Positions 31,898 to 40,490 of a stretch of 47,987 nt of DNA are shown here, one piece after another. The DNA comes from Bdellovibrionota bacterium (GTDB lineage Bacteria > Bdellovibrionota_C > UBA2361 > OMII01). Where the stretch lies: contig JBIKWQ010000016.1 of NCBI GenBank assembly GCA_044356215.1, forward strand, positions 1 through 47,987, read 5' to 3'. Each line of letters opens with the position of its first letter. The stretch's first letter is position 1. The position numbers and the translations under genes were made by a program. The notes beneath the pieces were generated by a model, which saw nothing but the letters and a program-made list of their open reading frames with translations, made no database searches and was not told where the DNA came from.

Positions 31898-31971
31898 TTT
31901 TTACCCGAAGACTAAATGTATATAGATACGGGGAAAAGGGAAGTTATTTGATTTACAGAGATAGGTGTAGC

Positions 31972-32355
31972 ATGGAAGTTCGCCGTTACGAGTCGGTGGT
32001 TATATTTAATCCGCGCCTGAGCGATGCGCAGTTGAAGGAAGAGATCAAGAAGATTGAGAACCTTCTCAAAGCCAACAAGGCTGAGATTACAGGTGTTGAC
32101 ACCTGGGGGAAGAAGGAAGCGGCGTTCGATTTCAATAAGCAACGCATGGGTTACTATGTGGCGTTTAATTACGAGTCGGCTAACCATGAGGCTCCAAACG
32201 AGCTTCAGTCGATCCTCCGTATCACCGACGCGGTGCATAAGTTTCAGACTCACCTGATCAAGGCGAAGACGCGTAAGTTCAAGGGAAATCCTTTACGGTT
32301 AACGCAGCCACGCACTGATATCGACGATTACGATTTTGGTGGTGATTACGAGTAA
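31972..32355 (+). CDS. rpsF: 30S ribosomal protein bS6 with a C-terminal extension
   Basis: RRYESVVIFNP, DTWGKKEAAF, GYYV, LRITDAVHKF. Start set to ATG 31972. Confidence 0.92.
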   Translation: MEVRRYESVVIFNPRLSDAQLKEEIKKIENLLKANKAEITGVDTWGKKEAAFDFNKQRMGYYVAFNYESANHEAPNELQSILRITDAVHKFQTHLIKAKTRKFKGNPLRLTQPRTDIDDYDFGGDYE

Positions 32356-32412
32356 GAGGTCTGGCACTCGCCGTGCCGACGCACGAAATTTCTAAACTGA
32401 GGAGTTTTAGCC

Positions 32413-32994
32413 ATGGAAGTTATTTTAAGAGAAGATTACATCTCGTTGGGTTACATCGGGGATACAGTTAAAGTTCGTCGTGGATTCGCGCGGAATTTCT
32501 TGATCCCTCGTGGAATCGCCGTAGAGGCTAGCTCAGGGAACGAGCGTCAGTTAAAGCACAAGCTTTCAGCGATCGTTGCTAAGCGCGTTAAGAAGAAGGC
32601 CGAGGCAGAGGCTTTTGCTAAGGTGCTTGGACAGGTAACAGTGGAGTTCACTATAAAAGTAGGTGCTAAGGGCAAGAGCTTTGGAGCGGTTACTTCTCGT
32701 GACGTTGAGGCATCGCTCAAGGCGCTTGGATACGCCGTAGATCGCCGTCAGATTCGTATCAATGAGACGATCAAGGGACCGGGAGTTTACACAGCAGATG
32801 TTAAGCTTCACTCTGAGGTTACCGTTCCAGTTCAAGTAAAAGTTATCGCTGCTCAAGCTCCAGTTGCCGCAGAGGGCGCTGAGAAGGGCAAGCGAAAAAG
32901 CCGCAGGAAGGACGTTGAGGTAGAGGCTGCTGCTCAGGATGAGCAGGACACAGAGAGCCAAGAATCTTCTGATTCTGACGATACAGAGGAGTAG
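32413..32994 (+). CDS. rplI: 50S ribosomal protein bL9
   Basis: MEVILRED..LG..GD.VKVRRGFARNFLIPRG, KSFGAVT, VKLHSEV. Confidence 0.97.
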   Translation: MEVILREDYISLGYIGDTVKVRRGFARNFLIPRGIAVEASSGNERQLKHKLSAIVAKRVKKKAEAEAFAKVLGQVTVEFTIKVGAKGKSFGAVTSRDVEASLKALGYAVDRRQIRINETIKGPGVYTADVKLHSEVTVPVQVKVIAAQAPVAAEGAEKGKRKSRRKDVEVEAAAQDEQDTESQESSDSDDTEE

Positions 32995-33012
32995 ACTTTC
33001 GGGTCTATACAT

Positions 33013-33028
33013 ATGCGTATATACGCAT
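33013..33028. promoter_or_regulatory. perfect 16-bp palindrome ATGCGTATATACGCAT, possible operator
   Basis: Self-complementary, and abuts a candidate TTGGTC-N18-TATACT promoter (33028-33057). Confidence 0.4.
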
Positions 33029-33109
33029 TGGTCTAACACTGCTTACTACTCTATACTACCAACGGATTTTGGTTGTCAGCCATATTAGGTTCAAGGTAAA
33101 GAGTAGGCG

Positions 33110-34117
33110 ATGATTCAGGCCGAGGATATTGCAAGCCAAACTGCGGGTGCTGATGGTGACGAAAGTCGCCTTGGCGGTGTTTGGCTGTCGCTCGTATTTC
33201 TCATCTCATGTCTTGTGGCTTGCGGAGTCATCATTGGCCTAGGTCATTACTTCTTGCAGGCCCCGAGAACGCTTTGGCCCTTCTCCCGAGGATTAATTGG
33301 TGGGCCAGTTAATGAGACCCCAAAAGCATTTGAGAATGTCCAAATAGCGTCAGCAGGCGCATACCTGAAGGCAGCTCTGGCGGAGGATGGAAATCCAAAG
33401 CAGGGAGAAGATTTTGCCGTTGTGGTTACATTCAAATTGCGTCGGACTCCTTCAGAGGGAGAATCGTTAGCGCTATTTGGTAAGTTTGACGCCGATCTCC
33501 CTGGAAAACCTGGGTTTGCTTTGTCCTTAGAGGGCGCCCCAGACGGCGTTCGGCCGCGAGTTTATGTCAGCACAGACGGAGGCGTTGCTAGATGGCACGT
33601 TTTTTCAAGTTACCCGATTAATCGCCGCGACTGGTATGTACTGGGCCTTTCGTTCTCAGATGATACATTTGTATCAACCAGGATCTTTCGTGCGTTTTCT
33701 GGTGACAAGCCGACACTATTAGGAGGTCACAGGTTAGCTGATGGGTTGCCGAAATCAAAAGCTGGCATGGTACTTGGAGCATTCGGATCGAGTCGCTTTA
33801 GGGGCCAGGTCGGGCCGTTTGGTGTTCTATCGGGTAAGGGACTCAGCGGCCGATTGGCTGGGTACATACAAGCGGCTGGATCGAATCTGAGCGGTGTGCC
33901 AAGCGCTCTAGAGCAAGAGGATCTTATTTTGTGGGGGTCTCCAGCGGTCGACCTGGGACCTAAAAAGATAGAGATTATGACTGTTCAATCGACCGTCGCG
34001 CGACCTGAGCAATCTACCAATAAACAGATAAAGAACAGGCCTGTAAATCAGCTCAAGCGGGTAACCCCAGCGAAAAAAGCACCAACAAAAAGTGCAAAGA
34101 AGAAGCGCAAACTATAG
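33110..34117 (+). CDS. single-TM protein with a LamG/concanavalin-A-like beta-sandwich domain
   Basis: One TM helix, then DFAVVVTFK, LFGK, GFALSL, DWYVLGLSF, MVLGA..FRGQVG (LamG pattern), and a basic tail. Confidence 0.65.
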   Translation: MIQAEDIASQTAGADGDESRLGGVWLSLVFLISCLVACGVIIGLGHYFLQAPRTLWPFSRGLIGGPVNETPKAFENVQIASAGAYLKAALAEDGNPKQGEDFAVVVTFKLRRTPSEGESLALFGKFDADLPGKPGFALSLEGAPDGVRPRVYVSTDGGVARWHVFSSYPINRRDWYVLGLSFSDDTFVSTRIFRAFSGDKPTLLGGHRLADGLPKSKAGMVLGAFGSSRFRGQVGPFGVLSGKGLSGRLAGYIQAAGSNLSGVPSALEQEDLILWGSPAVDLGPKKIEIMTVQSTVARPEQSTNKQIKNRPVNQLKRVTPAKKAPTKSAKKKRKL

Positions 34118-34126
34118 GCTGATTGT

Positions 34127-36025
34127 ATGGGCTTAGCTTGCATCTTACTGGGCAGGATCGTTTTGATTGTTCTGACCCTAGCGACATTGGTTCAGGTATC
34201 TGGTGATCTCGAGAAGATAGCGGTCTGCATTTTGGTAGCTGGAGTCTTTTCTGCGCGGATAGCCTTGCGAGGCAGCTCCTACCTCAACTTCGGAGTTTCT
34301 GCCGTAGCCATGCTGCTGACTCTTGCTCCATGGACAGGTGCCTTGACCTTGCAGGCTTTTAGCCTGGCCTTCTTTGTTTTTAAGGGGCGCAGATACGAGT
34401 TGGCCGATAGTCGATCAAGTCAGGCTCCTCTTTCTGATTTAGTTTGGATAGCTCCTTTTGCTGGGTATCTATTTGGAAATCTGCTTAGTGAGACGGCTAT
34501 CGGCGCGCTGAGCAATGTAGATGCCTCTGGTAGCCTTCTAAGTGGAGTTCCAATTGATAGCTGGGCTCGTGTTGTGGATCTCGGGCGAAGCTTTCTTGAT
34601 ACGCGAGCTGTGTCGTGGATGGCTCTGACAAGAGTTGTGCTGCTTGCCTTATGGGTATCTGTAATTAGCGATAATAAATCTTTACAGCGCATGTTCGTGC
34701 GCTGGTTATCTATCGGTGCGAGTATCTCAGCGTGTTTTGTTCTATCGCAGTGGTTAGGAAGATTGATTTTAGGTGCCGCTCCGATGTCGCTGCCTAACCA
34801 GACCTCGCTCTGGGATTCTCTTGGACGACTTAGTGGATTAGCTTCTGACCCGAACGCTCTTGGAGTTGTGTTGGGATTGTCTCTATGGGTATTTAGTTTA
34901 ACTGGCACAAGAGTTTTGCCGATAGCGCTAGCTACTATTTTAGCTGCCGGAGTCGTCTCTGGATCGCGCACATTTCTCTTAACTGTCGGGATTTTGGCGA
35001 TTGTCTCTATCTGGCGGCGAGCTAAGCCGATGGCCATACTTTGCGCGGCATGCTCAATTGTGGCGCTGATGTGTGTTGTGACCTATCTAGACGGCTCTGC
35101 AGGCCCGCTAGAGTCGCTCTTGCAAAGTAATTGGCTGCCGCCTGGGGTGAAGCGAGGAGTATCAGCACTCTCGCTTTTGAGACTAGAGGAGACTTTTTCA
35201 AGTCGCTCGATCTTCGTTAACTTCGCGCGGTCTATAGGTGATGGACACTGGATTTTTGGAGTTGGTGCCGATCGTTTTATCGATTACTCCGCGCTGGCGG
35301 GCGCCAAATTAGATTTGGCGCGAGGATGGCGCGACAACTCAAATAATTTTTACTTGGGATTACTGACTGAGCTTGGAGTTTCAGGAGTTGTATTTTTTGG
35401 GTTTGCGTTAGTTGGGAGACGATTGCGGAGAGATGGTAATTATTCGTTAAATCGCGCCGCATTATTAATGTTAGGTGTTATTGGATGTACGGGGCCGCAC
35501 ACAGATTTTACTGAAGCGCTGATTTTAGTATCAGCGATAGTGGCGATAGCCAGTGAGCCACGGAGAGTAGCGAGTGGAGCTTATGTATTCGTAGCCCTTT
35601 GCGCGGTGACTTTAGGAATATTCGCGGCTCGCAGACATGAGCATGGAGTTTATGGTTGGACAGCTTCAGATAGCACCGCTTCGCGTTGGTTGTCTCACAG
35701 CGCTGAGATTGAGCTTAAGTGTGGAGTTAATCCTGAAAGCCGAGCGTCCGAGGCGGAGCTAATCTTGCAGCCAAGATACATCCCTCAGAGTGGGCCGCTA
35801 TTAGTTAAATATAGCGATGCTTTAAGTAGGAGTGCTGAGAACGCCGCGGAGCTTAGAATGACATCAGGCGATCCGCAGCGCGTTTTGATTAAGTGCGATG
35901 TTAATGAATCAACAAAGCGAGTGAAGGTTCAAACATCTCCCGCATGGAGCCCTTACCGCGCATGGCCTGGAACATACAAAGATAGGCGGGTTTTGGGGGT
36001 TGAGCAGGTGGAAGTGGGGCGATAG
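34127..36025 (+). CDS. O-antigen ligase (Wzy_C/WaaL)-like polytopic membrane protein
   Basis: RLSGLASDPNALG, SGSRT, WIFGVG, NNFYLGLLTELGVSG, plus a C-terminal periplasmic domain (DRRVLGV). Confidence 0.8.
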   Translation: MGLACILLGRIVLIVLTLATLVQVSGDLEKIAVCILVAGVFSARIALRGSSYLNFGVSAVAMLLTLAPWTGALTLQAFSLAFFVFKGRRYELADSRSSQAPLSDLVWIAPFAGYLFGNLLSETAIGALSNVDASGSLLSGVPIDSWARVVDLGRSFLDTRAVSWMALTRVVLLALWVSVISDNKSLQRMFVRWLSIGASISACFVLSQWLGRLILGAAPMSLPNQTSLWDSLGRLSGLASDPNALGVVLGLSLWVFSLTGTRVLPIALATILAAGVVSGSRTFLLTVGILAIVSIWRRAKPMAILCAACSIVALMCVVTYLDGSAGPLESLLQSNWLPPGVKRGVSALSLLRLEETFSSRSIFVNFARSIGDGHWIFGVGADRFIDYSALAGAKLDLARGWRDNSNNFYLGLLTELGVSGVVFFGFALVGRRLRRDGNYSLNRAALLMLGVIGCTGPHTDFTEALILVSAIVAIASEPRRVASGAYVFVALCAVTLGIFAARRHEHGVYGWTASDSTASRWLSHSAEIELKCGVNPESRASEAELILQPRYIPQSGPLLVKYSDALSRSAENAAELRMTSGDPQRVLIKCDVNESTKRVKVQTSPAWSPYRAWPGTYKDRRVLGVEQVEVGR

Positions 36026-36255
36026 CCGCTGGTACGGGCCGTCAGGTCTTAAATAATCCTAATCAATCCATGCTATTAAGACGCTAAGTTGCAACCTTAA
36101 TTATGAGACGAAGTTTGATTAGGGTTGCCACGGATGATAATCTTCACACCTAAAGTACAAGGGTTTGTTTCTAAAAATCCTTAGGGCTTAAGCCTTTACC
36201 ATTTCTGCAAGCTCTTGGTGTTGGTGCTCATTAATTCATAGTTGGAGAACTGTAA

Positions 36256-37326
36256 ATGCAGCAGCCTGTTAAGCGCGATGCGAAGAAAATTATTATAGAC
36301 GGCGATTGGGGAGGAGATGAATTTCAAACTCTTGCAGTGTTGCTATTTCACCACGACAAGATAGATCTACTCGGGACTACAACTACCTTTGGTAATGTTA
36401 GTGAGCCCCATGTGTTTGAAAACGCACGCAGGATCTTTGAGTTTCTAAAAGCCGATAGGGTGAAACTATTTCGGGGAGCAACGGCCCCTTCGGACCGAAG
36501 CAAACCGCTTTTGGGAGATGGGGCCCATCCAGTGATCGAGTTTCTCCCCAAACCTAGCTACAATCGCGACGAGACACAGGATTCCGTCGACTTTATTCTA
36601 GAAACTCTTGATAGCCATCCAAGCGGCTCTGTCAGTATCTCCGCATCTGGACCCTTAACAAATATCGCGCAGGCTCTACGGAAAGACCGTGACACCATCA
36701 TGAAGCTGGGAAGATTGGTCATAATGGGCGGATGCACGATAGACATGTCAGCAAAAGATTTGAAAACAAGGAGAGGAAATATAACCCCGCACGCTGAATT
36801 TAATTTCCAACAGGCTTCGCTTGACGCCAAGTTCGTAATGGAGAGTGGGCTTCCAATCACTTTGCTACCAATGAACTGCACTCATCAATTAACTCTCACT
36901 CCAGAGAGGCACCGGGCAATCTTTAATTCTTTTGCTGGCAATGAGTCTGTGCTCAGAGCGTTATTGGGAACCGAGGATATTCAGAGGGGGAATGTGCAAC
37001 CTCATGAGGCCAATCCACGAGACTTGGGTCTGCTTAACGCCCCGGCTAGCTTGGATATGAGCAAGTTCGGAATTAGTCCGGTTATGCACGACGTTCACTG
37101 CGCGTTGTACATGCTATATCCGGAGCAGTATGAGGTTGTGCGTGGCAAAGTATTGGTCAATGTCCACGATGGAGAAGTAAACGATCAAAATATGTGGGGC
37201 CTGACTCACGGTCGCACTGAGTTTGTGAGAGATGATAAGTCTAATCTAGAGGTTGCGACGGGTGTTAAGGATCCTGAGCTGCTTTTTAAGAAGGTGCTTG
37301 GGAGTTTGGAGTTTTTGTTGAAGTAG
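36256..37326 (+). CDS. nucleoside hydrolase (IU-NH family)
   Basis: IIIDGDWGGDE (variant of DxDxxxDD), FGN, SGPLTNIA, IMGG, GNITPHAEFNF, MHD. Confidence 0.92.
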   Translation: MQQPVKRDAKKIIIDGDWGGDEFQTLAVLLFHHDKIDLLGTTTTFGNVSEPHVFENARRIFEFLKADRVKLFRGATAPSDRSKPLLGDGAHPVIEFLPKPSYNRDETQDSVDFILETLDSHPSGSVSISASGPLTNIAQALRKDRDTIMKLGRLVIMGGCTIDMSAKDLKTRRGNITPHAEFNFQQASLDAKFVMESGLPITLLPMNCTHQLTLTPERHRAIFNSFAGNESVLRALLGTEDIQRGNVQPHEANPRDLGLLNAPASLDMSKFGISPVMHDVHCALYMLYPEQYEVVRGKVLVNVHDGEVNDQNMWGLTHGRTEFVRDDKSNLEVATGVKDPELLFKKVLGSLEFLLK

Positions 37327-37349
37327 TTTGTGTAGGACTCTCGTAGATT

Positions 37350-40300
37350 ATGGCAATAAACTCGCAGAACAAGACAGAGAATTCGCCAGAGAGAGAAGGG
37401 GGCGGAGCGATGAGGGAGGCGTCTAAGCCCCAGGATGCTAAATTATTAAAAGATTTTGCGGTTGCTAGCCTGCGTGCGGCGTACCGCGTAGCTGCTGAGC
37501 AGGGCTCTGTTTTTTTTGATCCGCCGCTGGATGTTTCGTTGCTAATAAGTAGTCAAGGGAGTACGCAGATGGTTTTCCCGCTCTTAGATGGACGGTCCAT
37601 TGGCAAACAATATCGTATCGGCCTTCCGCAACCTTGCAGTAAAGCGCAGGTAGAATTAGCAGAACAAGTAGCTGACTCTAAGGACGTATGGATTACTTTA
37701 TCGGCGATTAATAAAGATGGGGAACGCAGGAGTTCTAGAGTTCTAATTGTTGACGGAGAAACTGGTCTAGCTGCTATTAAAACAGAGCAGGATGTGCAGT
37801 CTGATGCTCTGAAAGAACTTTACACTCAAGCTCTGAGCGGTTCTGTTAAAAAGAAACTTCCCCTTAATATCTCATCGCTAATCGGGAACAACGGCACAAC
37901 GCAGATGGTTTTCCCGCTCTTAGATGGACGGGCGATTGGAAAACATTGTGGTATCGGCCTTCCGAAACCTTGCAGTCAAGCGCAGGTAGAATCAGCGGAA
38001 CAAGTAGCTGACTCTAAGGACGTATGGATTACTTTGTCGGCGATGAATAAAGATGGAGAACGCAGGAGTTCTAGAGTTCTAATTATTTACGGAGAAACTG
38101 GGCTAGCTGCTATTAAAACAGAGCAGGATGTGCAGTCTGATGCTCTTAAAGCACTTTACACTCAAGCTCTGAGCGGTTCTGTTAAAAAGAAACTTCCCTT
38201 TGATATCACATTGCTAATCGGGAACGAAGGTACAACACAGAGGGTTTTTCCGCTCTTAGATGGCCAGAACATTGGACAACAGTGTGCTCTCGGCCTTCCG
38301 AAACCTTGCAGTCAAGCGCAGGTAGAATCAGCAGAACAAGTAGCTGGCTCTAAGGACGTATGGATTGCTTTGTCGGCGATGAATAAAGATGGAGAACGCA
38401 GGAGTTCTAGAGTGCTCTTAGTTCACGGAAAGACAGGACGGGAAGCGATTAGAACCGAGCAAGAAGTGCAGTCTGATGCTCTGAGAGAGCTTTACACTCA
38501 AGCTCAGCGCGGTTCTGTTACAAGGAAACTTCCCCTCGATATCTCATTGCTAATAAGTAGCGAAGGCACAACGCAGATGGTTTTCCCGCTCTTAGATGGA
38601 CGGGCGATTGGAAAACATTGTGGTATCGGCCTTCCGAAACCTTGCAGTCAAGCGCAGGTAGAATCAGCAGAACAAGTAGTTGGCTCTAAGGACGTATGGA
38701 TTACTTTGTCGGCGATTAATAAAAATGGAGAACGCAGGAGTTCTCGAGTTCTCATGATTTACGGAAAAACTGGTTCAGAAGCCATTAAGACAGAGCAGGA
38801 TGTGCAGTCCGATGCTCTGAAAGAGCTCTATAAGCAAGCCTCAAGCCGCACTGATAGACAGAAACTTCCCCTTGATATTTCATTCCTAATCAGCCACTAC
38901 GGCAAAAGTCAGTGTAACTTCCCCCTCCCGGGAGGCGGAACCATTGGAAACAGATGTGGCATCGGCCTCCCCCAAGATATCTCGCATTGCCAAGTCACTG
39001 AGATATTACACCTAGCCGAGGATCGTTACTACTTAACGATCTCCGGTATCACACCTGGTGGAAAAGCTGCTTTTACCAGTATTGTAGTATCCTCCACCGG
39101 GATTGTCCGTCCTGTCGCGACTGAGCCAGGTATCGAGATAGTAAAGGGGTTTGCCCTAGACAGGTATGTAGCGCATTTATTATCTGTTAGTAACATCTCA
39201 GGTGCAATTGATCCCCTCTACACTGGCTCAGCTCTAACCGGCGAGAGGTTTATGCCCAACGCTGTTGCTGGTGATGCCATTGTTCACTCAAAGTGGGGGA
39301 ACTCTGGCTCGGATGTTCTTGAGTATGTTCAAAGATACGCGAGGTTAAGACTTTGGAATAATGATCTGACGCAATCGTTGCACCTTGTGGCGACAACTAC
39401 TCATTTGACTGGTCTGCGTGCGGCAATAGAGGATCTTGAAGATAAGGTTCCCGTTAAGGGAACAGGCATTACTGATATTGAAACGTGGTGTAGTGAGATC
39501 CCCGGCTTAGATAGAGCTACTATTCATGAAGAGCTTAGGCGTATCAGTGTTATGGCGTCCATAGGAGATATCGAGTGGCTAAGAGGACGTACATATGAGC
39601 CAACTCTCCCGAGCGCACCGCGTCCGCAAGAGGCGCAAGCAATAAGTTGGCAGGAGAGAGTCACGCAGTTAGCGCGAGGACCTGAGCTGTTGGAGGCTCT
39701 TAAGCTACACAAAGAGCATCATTCACTTTACTGGGAGCGAGAATACCATCTAGATCTAGTAAAGCACTGTTCCTATTTAATAGATCAGATTTTAGCTAGA
39801 TCACCTCTCTCTGATGAGCTTAAAAACGAGGCAAGAACACTTGTTTATGAGATCTATCCAGAGCTTGCGAGATATCCAGATGCTTGGCGGCGACTAGAGG
39901 AGCCCGTAGCAGATCTAGTGGATCTAAGTGAAGGAGGCGAGGGTAGTTCTCCTCATCTTGTTCCGTTTGATCTTGCGCGTGAGTTAGCTCGGTGCGGAGT
40001 TAAAGAGACTGTTTCTTTAGCCCCGGTAAATGAGATTGATTGGGGACATGCAAAAGATGTTGGTCCAAAGGTTCATGATCTCTTTAGGCGCTATAGCAGG
40101 ATAGAAGATGCGCTTAATCAACTCTTAGGAGAACTTAAAGGGTACTCAAAAGATAACTGTAAGCGTGTCAGCGCAGCATGCATAGAGTGGATCGCAGCGG
40201 TAGTGCTTGATGTTAGAGTGTCAGATCGATTACCAGCGAGCCTTACTAGGGCTAAAGGAGCTACAGATCCGAGCTCTGTATTTCTACAGGAGCTCAATAA

Positions 40301-40409
40301 ACTCTCACCCGAGACGAAGCTTTGCTATGTCTCTGGGCAGCAGGAGCTAAAGATCACAGCCCAGCAACTCAAGGCGTCTTTAAAGCGCATTGAGCATTTA
40401 GGCAGATAA
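37350..40409 (+). CDS. 1019-aa protein with 4 conserved + 1 divergent 112-aa tandem repeats and a helical C-terminal domain
   Basis: Uninterrupted ORF with repeat starts at 37524, 37860, 38196, 38532 and 38868. No signal peptide or TM segment seen. Confidence 0.85.
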   Translation: MAINSQNKTENSPEREGGGAMREASKPQDAKLLKDFAVASLRAAYRVAAEQGSVFFDPPLDVSLLISSQGSTQMVFPLLDGRSIGKQYRIGLPQPCSKAQVELAEQVADSKDVWITLSAINKDGERRSSRVLIVDGETGLAAIKTEQDVQSDALKELYTQALSGSVKKKLPLNISSLIGNNGTTQMVFPLLDGRAIGKHCGIGLPKPCSQAQVESAEQVADSKDVWITLSAMNKDGERRSSRVLIIYGETGLAAIKTEQDVQSDALKALYTQALSGSVKKKLPFDITLLIGNEGTTQRVFPLLDGQNIGQQCALGLPKPCSQAQVESAEQVAGSKDVWIALSAMNKDGERRSSRVLLVHGKTGREAIRTEQEVQSDALRELYTQAQRGSVTRKLPLDISLLISSEGTTQMVFPLLDGRAIGKHCGIGLPKPCSQAQVESAEQVVGSKDVWITLSAINKNGERRSSRVLMIYGKTGSEAIKTEQDVQSDALKELYKQASSRTDRQKLPLDISFLISHYGKSQCNFPLPGGGTIGNRCGIGLPQDISHCQVTEILHLAEDRYYLTISGITPGGKAAFTSIVVSSTGIVRPVATEPGIEIVKGFALDRYVAHLLSVSNISGAIDPLYTGSALTGERFMPNAVAGDAIVHSKWGNSGSDVLEYVQRYARLRLWNNDLTQSLHLVATTTHLTGLRAAIEDLEDKVPVKGTGITDIETWCSEIPGLDRATIHEELRRISVMASIGDIEWLRGRTYEPTLPSAPRPQEAQAISWQERVTQLARGPELLEALKLHKEHHSLYWEREYHLDLVKHCSYLIDQILARSPLSDELKNEARTLVYEIYPELARYPDAWRRLEEPVADLVDLSEGGEGSSPHLVPFDLARELARCGVKETVSLAPVNEIDWGHAKDVGPKVHDLFRRYSRIEDALNQLLGELKGYSKDNCKRVSAACIEWIAAVVLDVRVSDRLPASLTRAKGATDPSSVFLQELNKLSPETKLCYVSGQQELKITAQQLKASLKRIEHLGR
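37524..39200 (+). repeat. intragenic 336-bp tandem repeat array (about 5 units)
   Basis: Anchor CAG-ATG/AGG-GTT-TTY-CCG-CTC-TTA-GAT-GG recurs at 37566, 37902, 38238 and 38574 (period exactly 336), with a degenerate copy at 38910. Confidence 0.95.
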
Positions 40410-40490
40410 ACGACTTATTTCTCTCCCAACCCCACCTACTGCAGCCATCAAGCAACTTTTCGTAGTCCTACAACGATTACTAGATCTCAT

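Noticed and set aside
31912..32412. rpsR (S18) hidden in an alternative frame
   Set aside because: The overlapping ORFs (31912..32253 -, 32054..32257 +) lack S18 motifs (IDYK, GKI.P.R.TG) and are shadows of rpsF.
36026..36255. Purine riboswitch before the nucleoside hydrolase
   Set aside because: GTTTCTA occurs, but the P1-P3 architecture and the ATATGG/CCGTAAA loop-loop sequences are missing.
37510..37517. Phase-variable poly-T tract ahead of the repeats
   Set aside because: Only T8 (Val-Phe-Phe codons). Similar runs occur elsewhere, e.g. within rpoD, so there is no support without read data.
37524..39200. CRISPR array or diversity-generating retroelement
   Set aside because: Units are 336-bp in-frame coding repeats with no spacers. 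There is no cas or reverse transcriptase gene, and differences are not restricted to adenines.
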